Below are positions 19,723 through 28,228 of a stretch of DNA of 32,000 nt, piece by piece. Within the stretch, counting starts at the first letter, position 1; every line of letters starts with the position of its first letter. This stretch comes from Planctopirus limnophila DSM 3776 (GTDB lineage Bacteria > Planctomycetota > Planctomycetia > Planctomycetales > Planctomycetaceae), in contig NC_014148.1 of the NCBI RefSeq assembly GCF_000092105.1, forward strand, positions 2,430,001-2,462,000, in the 5' to 3' direction. The translations under genes and the position numbers were made by a program. The notes under the pieces were generated by a model, which made no database searches, had not been told where the DNA came from, and was given only the letters and a program-made list of their open reading frames with translations.

Positions 19723-20415
19723 ATGCAAGCCAACAGCCATCACATTCTGATCATCGAAGATGAGCAACCGATTCGCAGGTTCCTCAAGGCCTCGTTATCG
19801 AACGAGGGCTATCGGGTCAGTGAAGCAGTGGCCGGTGAAGAAGGTTTGCGGATGGCGTCGGCCCAACCACCCGATCTTGTGATTCTCGATCTGGGTCTGC
19901 CCGACCTCGATGGACAAGACGTGCTCAAGCGGCTTCGGGAATGGTACACTTCTCCTGTGATCGTCCTCTCCGCACGGGACCAGGAGACGCAGAAGATCAA
20001 GGCACTCGACAGTGGTGCCGATGACTACTTGACCAAGCCGTTCGGCATCGGAGAGCTTCTCGCCCGCATGCGAACGGCCATGCGTCATGCTCACCGAGTC
20101 GGGCCGGAGGCGACGACCGCCACAATTGGTGCTCTTCGTGTTGATCTGGCAGCCCGGCTCGTTTACCGCAGCGACAAAGAGGTGCATCTGACGCCGCTCG
20201 AATACAAGCTTCTGGTGACGATGATCAAGCACGCCGGGAAAGTTCTGACGCACCGGTTTCTGCTGCGTGAAGTGTGGGGACCGCAGGACTCGCAGGAGAA
20301 CCATTACCTGCGGGTCTTCATCGCCAGCATGCGACGGAAACTCGAAGACGATCCGGCCCGACCCCGATACATCCTGACAGAACAAGGAGTCGGTTACCGA
20401 CTCGCTGTGGAATGA
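19723..20415 (+). CDS. kdpE: OmpR-family response regulator KdpE
   Basis: 230 aa with a receiver domain (ILIIEDE, LVILDLGLPDLDG, LTKPF) and a winged-helix output domain (LTPLEYKLL..., GVGYRL). It starts 4 nt after the kdpD stop. Confidence 0.9.
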   Translation: MQANSHHILIIEDEQPIRRFLKASLSNEGYRVSEAVAGEEGLRMASAQPPDLVILDLGLPDLDGQDVLKRLREWYTSPVIVLSARDQETQKIKALDSGADDYLTKPFGIGELLARMRTAMRHAHRVGPEATTATIGALRVDLAARLVYRSDKEVHLTPLEYKLLVTMIKHAGKVLTHRFLLREVWGPQDSQENHYLRVFIASMRRKLEDDPARPRYILTEQGVGYRLAVE

Positions 20416-20665
20416 TTCGGCCAGACGGGCTCGCCTGTTGATTTCGGATCAAGGTGACAGTCGTTGTTTGCGACTACAGTTGACCCGTCCCACCCGGCAG
20501 CGATTGCACCAGCTGTCACGTGGCCCGATCGTTCATCCATTCTGTTCTCACGGAACATTGCGACTGCATTTGCTGCAAATCATTTCCAAGCGATTTTATT
20601 TTTGCAGAACTTTGCGAATTCTGGTCACGATTTCTCCACTTCGGTTAAGAAACCATGGCGAAAGA

Positions 20666-21202
20666 ATGGGAGGCCACTTGGACGATCACACACGACAAGC
20701 CACGCGACTTTGGACACTGGCACAGCCGGTCGTGTCGGCGTTCGTCGTTTCGGCAGTGCGGGACTTTACAGCGCGGGACGACGTTCTGCAGGAAACAGCC
20801 GTCGCGGTAATGGAATCTTTTGATCGCTATGATCCTCAGCGGCCATTCGTCGCCTGGGCGATGGGGATCGCCCAGAATCAAGTCCGCCTGTACCTCAGAC
20901 GCATTCAACGCGATCGACTGGTGTTTGACGAAGATGTACTGGTTCAGTTAGCGGCGGCTTTTGAGGAGGCGTTTCCGGAACAGTCGCCATCCCTCGGATT
21001 TCTGCGGGGCTGTCTCGATCAGCTCGAGGGTCGAGCCCGCGAACTCTGCGAACTTCGGTATGGTCGCGATCTGAAGCCAACGGCGATTGCCGAATCACTG
21101 GGTATGTCTGGCAACACAGTCTCCAAGGCGCTTCAGCGAATACGTGAACAGTTACGAGCATGTATTGAGCGAAAAGTCTCCTTCGAAAAGGGAATGCCAT
21201 GA
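20666..21202 (+). CDS. ECF-type RNA polymerase sigma-70 family factor (Planctomycete/Verrucomicrobia subtype)
   Basis: The likely start is ATG 20666 (MGGHLDDHTRQATRLW), giving 178 aa. The region 2-like segment is DDVLQETAVAVMESFDRYDPQRPFVAWAMGIAQNQV and the region 4 HTH is LKPTAIAESLGMSGNTVSKALQRIR. The 76 upstream codons in the track ORF look non-coding. Confidence 0.85.
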   Translation: MGGHLDDHTRQATRLWTLAQPVVSAFVVSAVRDFTARDDVLQETAVAVMESFDRYDPQRPFVAWAMGIAQNQVRLYLRRIQRDRLVFDEDVLVQLAAAFEEAFPEQSPSLGFLRGCLDQLEGRARELCELRYGRDLKPTAIAESLGMSGNTVSKALQRIREQLRACIERKVSFEKGMP

Positions 21203-22188
21203 CGCGCGATCCCGGCGAACTTGTCTCTCGATACCTGGATGATCTGTTGACCGAGGACGAACATCGCGATTTACAGGACTGGTTGCGCTCATCGCCAGAT
21301 CATGCCCGGGAATTCGCCCGCATTGTATTGCTCCACGACCGCCTGCGTGGAGAGCAAATGGCGATTTCGATCACCCAACCCTCACCGAGATATCAACCCG
21401 ACACAGTTTTCCCAGTACCTCGGCGGATCTGGCGATCCGTGATCATCGCGTGTGGTGTCATGGCAGCATTCGTCACGTTGTTTCTAATGTCTTTGGAAGT
21501 CGGTCAGACTTCGGCAGTGGCGTCTACGGAACTCAAACGGTTGATCTCGGCTCAGGAAACGGAACTCGACAGGACATATCGCATCTCGGTCGAAGAAGCA
21601 CCCACTCCACGTCGAAAACGGCAACCCGTGATCGACGGGAATCGCCCTCCGAAGCCTCCCTTGGATGATGCCGTGTTGCATGTCCGAAAGGGCAACCAGT
21701 TCGTGCTGATTCGTCAAATGGCGAGCGGCCAGCAGTTCGTAACGGGGAGCAATGGTCAGACGAGTTGGGCAGTGCGGCCAGATGGTCCCGTTCGGATCAG
21801 CACTGACCTGACTCGATTTAACCGGGATCTGCCGGGCCATGAACATGATTTTCCGCTGATTCAGATCGAACGGGGATTGGCCCAGTTACAAAACGCCTAC
21901 GAGATCCAACTGTTGCCGATTGAGAATGGCGACGATTCGGCGGGAAAGGACCTGCCGACCCGGCTACTTGTCGCAGTGAAGAAACGTGGCCACCGTGGGC
22001 CGCAGCGGGTTGAAATCACTTACTCTGTTCCTACCGGTCAGATTCACCAACTTCGTTTTATAGAGATGCCTTACGGTCCTGAGCATCTCACAGTGCGGCT
22101 CACTCAAGAAGAAGAACGCCCACTTGGACCTACTTTCTTTGATCACCAATCACACCATGCGTCAGATCGCGTTGTGGAGGTGGAGTAA
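21199..22188 (+). CDS. Putative anti-sigma factor (single-pass membrane protein)
   Basis: Its start overlaps the sigma stop (ATGA). The N-terminal anti-sigma-like helix is LVSRYLDDLLTEDEHRDLQDWLRSSPDHAREF, followed by one TM (VIIACGVMAAFVTLFLMSL) and a roughly 220-aa extracytoplasmic domain of unrecognised family. Confidence 0.7.
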   Translation: MTRDPGELVSRYLDDLLTEDEHRDLQDWLRSSPDHAREFARIVLLHDRLRGEQMAISITQPSPRYQPDTVFPVPRRIWRSVIIACGVMAAFVTLFLMSLEVGQTSAVASTELKRLISAQETELDRTYRISVEEAPTPRRKRQPVIDGNRPPKPPLDDAVLHVRKGNQFVLIRQMASGQQFVTGSNGQTSWAVRPDGPVRISTDLTRFNRDLPGHEHDFPLIQIERGLAQLQNAYEIQLLPIENGDDSAGKDLPTRLLVAVKKRGHRGPQRVEITYSVPTGQIHQLRFIEMPYGPEHLTVRLTQEEERPLGPTFFDHQSHHASDRVVEVE

Positions 22189-22192
22189 CTCG

Positions 22193-22903
22193 ATGAAGAA
22201 AATGATCTGGTCGTTACTGCCGTTGACTTTGTTCGCCGCCTGGAGTTTTGGGCAGGATCGCAATTCGCCTCCTTCCGGTAAACCTCGAAAGCCACAAATA
22301 AGCGACACGATCAAAGCAAGTATTTACGCCGACAACTGGTTCATACTTTACATCAACGGCGAGCTTGTTGCCGTTGATTCCATCAAGTTCATTCCGCACA
22401 ACGTGGTCTCGGTCGACATTCTGCCCAGCTATCCGATGACGATCGCAGTCATGGCCAGGGACAACGCCGATCCGAAGACCGGGATGGAATATGCCAACAC
22501 GAATATCGGAGACGCCGGCTTCGTGTTGAAGTTCGGTGATGGCACAGTCACGAATGCGAAGTGGAAAGCGAAGAAGTACTCGTGGGGGCCCATTAACCGG
22601 GATACCAGGAACCCGCGCGTCGAGAATCTTCCGATTCCAGAAGACTGGTACGCCGTCGATTTTGATGATAGCGACTGGGGCCACGCCAAGGAGTACACCG
22701 AAGCGCAAGTCGAACCGAAACAACCGTTCTTCGAACATGATTTCAAGGGAGCAAAGTTCATCTGGACCGATGACATCGAGCTCGACAACACCGTCATTTT
22801 TCGGCATGTCGTCAAGTCACTGCCGGATGGGAAAACAAGGCCCGACTTCTCGAACCTGAATAATGAGATACCGGATTCGCCTCCCAAAAAATCGAAGCGG
22901 TGA
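22193..22903 (+). CDS. Secreted hypothetical protein (possible jelly-roll/galactose-binding-like domain)
   Basis: ATG 22193 lies 4 nt after the anti-sigma stop, with GGAGGTGGAG upstream. The signal peptide is MKKMIWSLLPLTLFAAWSFG. The block IYADNWFILYINGELV is reminiscent of beta-sandwich carbohydrate-binding modules. That fold assignment is weak. Confidence 0.65.
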   Translation: MKKMIWSLLPLTLFAAWSFGQDRNSPPSGKPRKPQISDTIKASIYADNWFILYINGELVAVDSIKFIPHNVVSVDILPSYPMTIAVMARDNADPKTGMEYANTNIGDAGFVLKFGDGTVTNAKWKAKKYSWGPINRDTRNPRVENLPIPEDWYAVDFDDSDWGHAKEYTEAQVEPKQPFFEHDFKGAKFIWTDDIELDNTVIFRHVVKSLPDGKTRPDFSNLNNEIPDSPPKKSKR

Positions 22904-22947
22904 GTTCGCCCTGTCTGCTGATGGCACACGTCAGGAGGTCCCTGTTG

Positions 22948-24336
22948 ATGAGAGTTCTATTCGCGACCTGTCTGCTATTGCTGCCGACCATTGGCGTCGC
23001 AGCCGAACGTCCCAACATTGTCTTCATGCTTTCGGATGATCAAGCCTGGAACGGTCTATCGGTGGCGATGCACCCCCAGCTAGCGGGCTCTAAGGGAGAT
23101 ATTTTTCATACGCCAAATCTGGAGAAACTTGCGGTTCAAGGGATGCGGTTCTCAGCTGGATATGCGCCAGCTTCGGTCTGTTCTCCAACCCGCATCAGTT
23201 TGATGACCGGAAAAAGTCCAGCCGCGCTGCACTGGACAAAGGCCGCTCCACCGGAGACCGGGCACAAATTGATAGAGCCACGAAACATCCGCAGCATCCC
23301 GGCGAATGAAACTACGATTGGTGATGTCCTGCGCCAGGCAGGTTACGCGACCGCTCACTACGGCAAATGGCATATTGGCGGCGGCGGTCCAGAACAGCAC
23401 GGTTTTGACAAATCGGATGGTGACACCGGCAACGAGAACGCCTATCAGTTCAAAGACCCGAACCCCGTCGATATCTTCGGCATGGCCGATCGCGCGGCCG
23501 CGTTTATGGATAGAAGTTCCAAGGCCAAGAAGCCGTTCTTCATTCAACTCTCCTGGAACGCATTGCACGCCTCGGAGAATGCGAATCAGGCCACACTTGC
23601 CAAATACGAGCGGCAACTCAAAGGCGAGAACCGAAAACGCATCACCACAGCGGCGATTACGGAAGACCTTGATACGGGGGTGGGCCGTGTCCTGGAGGCT
23701 ATTGACCAACTCGGCCTGACCGAAACAACCTACGTGATCTACATGGCTGATAACGGTGCTGGCGGTGGCAAAAAAGTTCTGGCCGGCGGTAAAGGGGGAG
23801 TGTGGGAAGGAGGGATTCGTGTTCCCTTCATCGTGCGTGGCCCAGGCGTAAAGCCGAACTCGTGGTGTCACACTCGAGTGGTCGGTTACGACCTCTTTCC
23901 CACCTTCTGCGAGTGGGCGGGGATCGCTCCCGGCAAGCTGCCGAAGGGAATCGAAGGAGGCAGTATCGCTTCACTGCTCAAGACCGAAGGTCGGGGAGAC
24001 GTCAAGCGTTCGCGAGAGGAACTTGTCTTTCACTTTCCACACTATCAGGGGGATGCACCGCACTCGGCGATCTTCCTTGGTGACCTGAAACTGTTGCACT
24101 TCTACGAAGACAACCGCGACGAGTTGTACGACCTCTCCAAAGACATCGGCGAGCGAGATGACCTCGCAGGACAGCGCCCTGCCGAGACGAAAAAGCTCCG
24201 TGAGCGTCTCGACAAATACCTTGCCCAAGTCGATGCGCAGTTCCCGACACTGAACCCGAACTTCGACCCCAATCAGCCAGTTGAACCGAAAAAACGTGGT
24301 GGGAAGAACAAACCCGGGAAACCCGCAACGAAATGA
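22948..24336 (+). CDS. Secreted sulfatase (formylglycine-dependent, arylsulfatase A family)
   Basis: ATG 22948 is preceded by AGGAGG. The signal peptide is MRVLFATCLLLLPTIGVAA. It has the metal-binding start IVFMLSDDQ, the formylglycine signature C-S-P-T-R (CSPTRISLMTGK), and GKWHIGG. Confidence 0.9.
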   Translation: MRVLFATCLLLLPTIGVAAERPNIVFMLSDDQAWNGLSVAMHPQLAGSKGDIFHTPNLEKLAVQGMRFSAGYAPASVCSPTRISLMTGKSPAALHWTKAAPPETGHKLIEPRNIRSIPANETTIGDVLRQAGYATAHYGKWHIGGGGPEQHGFDKSDGDTGNENAYQFKDPNPVDIFGMADRAAAFMDRSSKAKKPFFIQLSWNALHASENANQATLAKYERQLKGENRKRITTAAITEDLDTGVGRVLEAIDQLGLTETTYVIYMADNGAGGGKKVLAGGKGGVWEGGIRVPFIVRGPGVKPNSWCHTRVVGYDLFPTFCEWAGIAPGKLPKGIEGGSIASLLKTEGRGDVKRSREELVFHFPHYQGDAPHSAIFLGDLKLLHFYEDNRDELYDLSKDIGERDDLAGQRPAETKKLRERLDKYLAQVDAQFPTLNPNFDPNQPVEPKKRGGKNKPGKPATK

Positions 24337-24382
24337 GAAGCCCGCTTCAGGGCGATTCCCAGATATGTTTCAGGAGACTGAC

Positions 24383-26374
24383 ATGCACGTTCCCATTAGA
24401 GCCGGACTATTGATTCTGGCCATCGGGTTCACGACCTCGATCGTACAGGCTCATCCCGGCCATTCGCATCGTAAAAGGTCATCACCCGCTGACAATCAAG
24501 CGTCAGTCACCTCAGAACGCATCTGGACGTCCTCGACCGGCGCGTTTCGTGAACAGGGGTCGTTCGTCATGGCGCGCGATGGCCTGGTTCAGATCCGCCG
24601 TGACGACGACTCATTGGTTTCAATCCCCATCGCGCTGCTGCGGAGCGATGATCAAAACTGGATCGAGCGGGGAATGTCCGAGATTCAGCGTCTCGCTGAG
24701 ACGAACGGACTCGTGCGGGCAAATTCAGAAGGCAATTTGCGACTCGACATACCCATGCGTCTTCCACAGCCCAATGAAGCGGTTGGATTCTTTCCGCTCG
24801 TCACGAACGAGTTCCCGCTTCAACAGGGTGTTCGCCGAAATGTAGATCTGCCAGCGGAGCTGCTCCTTGCACAATTAGGAAATCGAAAGCCGGAGAAAAT
24901 CGTGGCACGCGAGCAGGTTCCTGAAATCGCCAAAGCCTTTGAGACGTTCGTGAACCTCAAGGCGATTCAGACCCGTTGGGACGACCGTTTCTTCTACGTC
25001 GAATCGAATGGAACGCCGGATCACCAGATGATGGTCGGCATCACAGCCTGGCAGCAGCAGGTACCGCTGCCGCAGAGATACGTCGGCGAGAATGCCTGGC
25101 AAATCCCGTTACATCCCATCCCCGCTGAGACCCCTGCCACGGCTAAAAATCGCTTTCTGCGAGGAGCGATTGCGGTCGCTGTCAATGGCATTCCCATCTT
25201 CAACCCGCTCAATAATCGGGGCGATGATGCCTACCTGTTCGGGGAGCTTGATGAATTCGGCGGTCACTGCGGGCGGGCAGACGATTACCACTATCACATT
25301 GCGCCGGTGCATCTGGAAAAAACGAATGGCAAGGGAAAGCCCATTGCCTATGCCCTGGATGGCTACCCGATCTATGGCTACGAGGAGCCGGACGGCTCAC
25401 CCGTCAAGAATCTCGATGCTCTCAACGGCCACAAAGATGCCAAAGGAAACTATCACTATCACGCGACGAAGAAGTACCCGTATCTCAATGGCGGATTCTA
25501 CGGGGTTGTGACCGAACGTGATGGCCAGGTCGATCCGCAACCACGGGCGGAACCGCTCCGTCCGGCGCTCCCCCCCTTACGAGATGCGAAAATCACCGGT
25601 TTCCAGAAGACCAAGTCCGGCGGTTACACCTTGACCTATGACGTTCGAGGATCCAAGGGAACCATCAGTTACACCCTCTCGAACGATGGATCGGCGAAGT
25701 TTGTGTTCGTCGACACGAATGGCAAGACGACTGAGGAAACTTACTCACCAAGGCAGCGCGGCCCGGGAGGCGGAGAGCGACGACCACCGCCTCAGCCTCG
25801 TGATAATCCACCCCCCCGTGTTGGGCAACGCCCGCCGCGCGACGAAGGACTTCCGCCTCCTCGTAACGTTGAAGGCTCACCAGCGAACCAGGCTGCAAGT
25901 CCAATCAACGCCCAACTTCCCCAGTTGAAAGTGACCAGTTCCTCAATCGACGCGAACGGTTTCATTTCCGTCGAATGCACCTGCGACGGGAAGCGGGAAT
26001 CGCCTGCCGTCGCCTGGAAAGACGCGCCCGAGGGAACGAAGTCGTTAGCAGTCAGTCTTTGGCATACAGCTCCGGATCAGGAGAAATCGTACTGGGTCGT
26101 CTACAACATCCCCGTGACGACGCAGAGCCTCGCTCAAAAGTCGCCCAAAGCAGGAACGGTGGGCGCTAATGATCGCCGTCGCGCCGAATACGACCCGATG
26201 TGCTCGAAAGGCCCCGGCGTCAAGACATACCACGTTACGGTCTACGCTCTCTCGGCCAAGTTGAATCTGCCTCCGGAGAAAGCGTCACGAGCGGAACTGC
26301 TCGCGGCAATCAAGGACATCACACTGGCCACCGGAACGCTCGACTTCAAATACGAACGGAAGGACGCTCGGTGA
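24383..26374 (+). CDS. Secreted tri-domain protein: SHD1-like domain + YHYH domain + Pro/Arg-rich linker + PEBP (YbhB/YbcL) domain
   Basis: - ATG 24383 has CAGGAGA upstream, and the signal peptide is MHVPIRAGLLILAIGFTTSIVQA.
- SHD1-like segment: RIWTSSTGAFREQGSFVMARDGLVQIRRDDDSLVSIPIALLRSDDQNWI.
- YHYH domain hallmarks: NGIPIFNP, GGHCGRADDYHYH, ALDGYPIYG, LNGH...GNYHYHATKKYPY.
- Linker: GGGERRPPPQPRDNPPPRVGQRPPRDEGLPPPR.
- C-terminal PEBP-like segment: SPAVAWKDAPEGTKSLAVSLWHTAPD...YWVVYNIP...YHVTVYAL. Confidence 0.8.
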   Translation: MHVPIRAGLLILAIGFTTSIVQAHPGHSHRKRSSPADNQASVTSERIWTSSTGAFREQGSFVMARDGLVQIRRDDDSLVSIPIALLRSDDQNWIERGMSEIQRLAETNGLVRANSEGNLRLDIPMRLPQPNEAVGFFPLVTNEFPLQQGVRRNVDLPAELLLAQLGNRKPEKIVAREQVPEIAKAFETFVNLKAIQTRWDDRFFYVESNGTPDHQMMVGITAWQQQVPLPQRYVGENAWQIPLHPIPAETPATAKNRFLRGAIAVAVNGIPIFNPLNNRGDDAYLFGELDEFGGHCGRADDYHYHIAPVHLEKTNGKGKPIAYALDGYPIYGYEEPDGSPVKNLDALNGHKDAKGNYHYHATKKYPYLNGGFYGVVTERDGQVDPQPRAEPLRPALPPLRDAKITGFQKTKSGGYTLTYDVRGSKGTISYTLSNDGSAKFVFVDTNGKTTEETYSPRQRGPGGGERRPPPQPRDNPPPRVGQRPPRDEGLPPPRNVEGSPANQAASPINAQLPQLKVTSSSIDANGFISVECTCDGKRESPAVAWKDAPEGTKSLAVSLWHTAPDQEKSYWVVYNIPVTTQSLAQKSPKAGTVGANDRRRAEYDPMCSKGPGVKTYHVTVYALSAKLNLPPEKASRAELLAAIKDITLATGTLDFKYERKDAR

Positions 26375-26379
26375 CGATC

Positions 26380-27843
26380 ATGACGCGATTCCTGACCACG
26401 TCCATCCGACAATTTACGATGCGGGTGGCGATACTCTGCTTGACGCTCTGGCTGCCTCTTCACGCCGATTCCTTAGCAGCTGAAAGCCGCCGGCCACCGA
26501 ACATCATTCTCATCCTGATGGATGACATGGGCTGGCGCGATGTCGGATTCATGGGAAACAAGTTCGTCGAGACGCCTCATATCGACCGTTTGGCAAAGAC
26601 CGGCTTGGTGTTTACCCAGGCCTACGCCAGCGCCCCCAACTGCGCCCCGACGCGTGCATGTCTGATGTCGGGCCAGTACGCGCCCAGGCACGGAATCTAC
26701 ACCGTCGTCGATCCTCGTCAGCCACCCGGTTCGCCCTGGCATAAGTGGCAGGCAGCAGAAAGCAAATCAGAACTCGACACGAACGTCGTCACCATCGCCG
26801 AAGCGCTGCGGGATGGGGGCTATGCGACCGCATTCTTTGGCATGTGGAACCTCGGACGCGGTCGCACCGGGCCAGTCACACCAGGCGGTCAAGGTTTCCA
26901 GAAAGTCGTCTTTCCAGAAAACCTTGGCTTCGGCAAAGATGAGTATTTTGATGATGGCAAGCACTACTTGACTGATCGGTTGACCGATGAAGTTCTCAAA
27001 TTCGTGGACGAGCATCGCGAGCAGCCATTCTTCGTTTATCTCCCCGATCATGCCATCCATGCACCATTCAATCCCAAGCCGGAGTTACTGGCGAAATACG
27101 AGCGAAAGGCGGCAGCGAGCAACGATCGTCGCGACGATCCTGCTTGTGCGGCGACGATCGAGGCCGTCGATCACAACGTGGGACGAATCATGGATCACCT
27201 CAAACGGTTAAAGCTGTCCGATAACACAGTCGTGATCTTTACCTCAGACAATGGCGGCACCCAGCAATACACACCGCCGCTACGAGGTGGCAAAGGCGAA
27301 CTCTATGAAGGTGGCATTCGCGTCCCGCTGGTTGTCGCCGGACCAGGAGTCAAGAGCCTCGGCAGCAGATGCGATGTGCCGGTGTCGAGCATTGATTTAT
27401 ATCCGACGCTGCTCGAACTGGCGGGTATCAAGCCGCCTGAAGGACAAGTGCTTGACGGCGTCAGCCTCGCCCCGCTTCTTCAAGGCGATGCAACGCTCGA
27501 CCGTGAGCGACTCTTCTGGCACTTCCCGTGCTATGTCGGCAAAGCGACTCCGTCGAGTGCCATGCGAGAAGGGGATTTCAAGCTGATTGAGTTCTTTGAA
27601 GAAGGGGGACGCGTCGAACTCTTCAATCTGAAAAACGATCCAAACGAGGAGAAAAACCTTGCCTCCGTGATGCCCGACAAGGCCGCCGCACTCGCGAAGA
27701 CGCTACGGGCATGGCAAAAGAAAACCAACGCATCCATTCCGCCTGGTCCCAATCCCAGCTACGACCCCCAAGCCGAACGCCCGCGCGGCAATCAAGGCGG
27801 AGGGAGACCAGATAAGCCGAAACGCGGTCGGCAACAACAATGA
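26380..27843 (+). CDS. Secreted sulfatase (formylglycine-dependent)
   Basis: ATG 26380 lies 5 nt after the preceding stop. An alternative start is 26419 (MRVAILCL). It has IILILMDDMGW, the formylglycine signature C-A-P-T-R (CAPTRACLMSGQ) and SDNGG. Confidence 0.9.
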   Translation: MTRFLTTSIRQFTMRVAILCLTLWLPLHADSLAAESRRPPNIILILMDDMGWRDVGFMGNKFVETPHIDRLAKTGLVFTQAYASAPNCAPTRACLMSGQYAPRHGIYTVVDPRQPPGSPWHKWQAAESKSELDTNVVTIAEALRDGGYATAFFGMWNLGRGRTGPVTPGGQGFQKVVFPENLGFGKDEYFDDGKHYLTDRLTDEVLKFVDEHREQPFFVYLPDHAIHAPFNPKPELLAKYERKAAASNDRRDDPACAATIEAVDHNVGRIMDHLKRLKLSDNTVVIFTSDNGGTQQYTPPLRGGKGELYEGGIRVPLVVAGPGVKSLGSRCDVPVSSIDLYPTLLELAGIKPPEGQVLDGVSLAPLLQGDATLDRERLFWHFPCYVGKATPSSAMREGDFKLIEFFEEGGRVELFNLKNDPNEEKNLASVMPDKAAALAKTLRAWQKKTNASIPPGPNPSYDPQAERPRGNQGGGRPDKPKRGRQQQ

Positions 27844-28228
27844 TCTCTGGACTTCTGATGCCCAGTCATCTCAATCGCGACTTATGCGAAGATCAAAATC
27901 GTCGACAGGGCGGACAGACGACTGTCAGCGACGTTTCTCAGAACTGCGCTCACTGGAAACCGAAGGAAAGTGAACTGCATGGCACGCGTAAGCCCAATGG
28001 CAATTCCATTTTTTGCTCGCGTTCGCCGCTAGCCAGCCGCCGCCGGATTTCAATGCCCCAACTGGTCAGTCCCTCCAAAAAAGTTCTATTGGTGTTCTCG
28101 CGTCTCCACTTTGAAGCCCCTTGTCTTTGAATGTCTTGTGGCACGCGAGGCAAGGGGATTTTGAATCTTCTGCTGTCGTGGAAGGATTTCGCGGAGATCA
28201 GGTGTGCTTCCTTGGCGGAGATCTTCAG

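Noticed and set aside
20438-20665. Upstream 76 codons of the track's 254-aa sigma-factor ORF, and a GGAAC at 20552-20556 as a possible ECF -35 box
   Set aside because: The extension begins at a non-ATG codon and looks non-coding, while sigma region 2 homology starts after ATG 20666. The GGAAC has no CGT-type -10 element at the expected 16-17 nt spacing, so I do not call a promoter.
27980-28147. The 9-mer tggcacgcg repeated at 27980-27988 and 28139-28147, considered as sigma-54 (-24 TGGCAC) promoters
   Set aside because: Neither copy has the TTGC -12 element at the required 4-5 nt spacing, and no appropriately oriented downstream gene follows.
27950-28153. A possible cytochrome c (CXXCH) or integrase remnant in the 27844-28228 gap. 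One minus-strand frame reads KSPCLACHKTFKDKGLQSGD, faintly like planctomycetal PSCyt1 domains.
   Set aside because: It is only a single CXXCH in a roughly 40-codon open stretch flanked by stops. The similarity is too short and weak to call without a search. No tyrosine-recombinase motifs (R..HxxR..Y) were seen in any frame.
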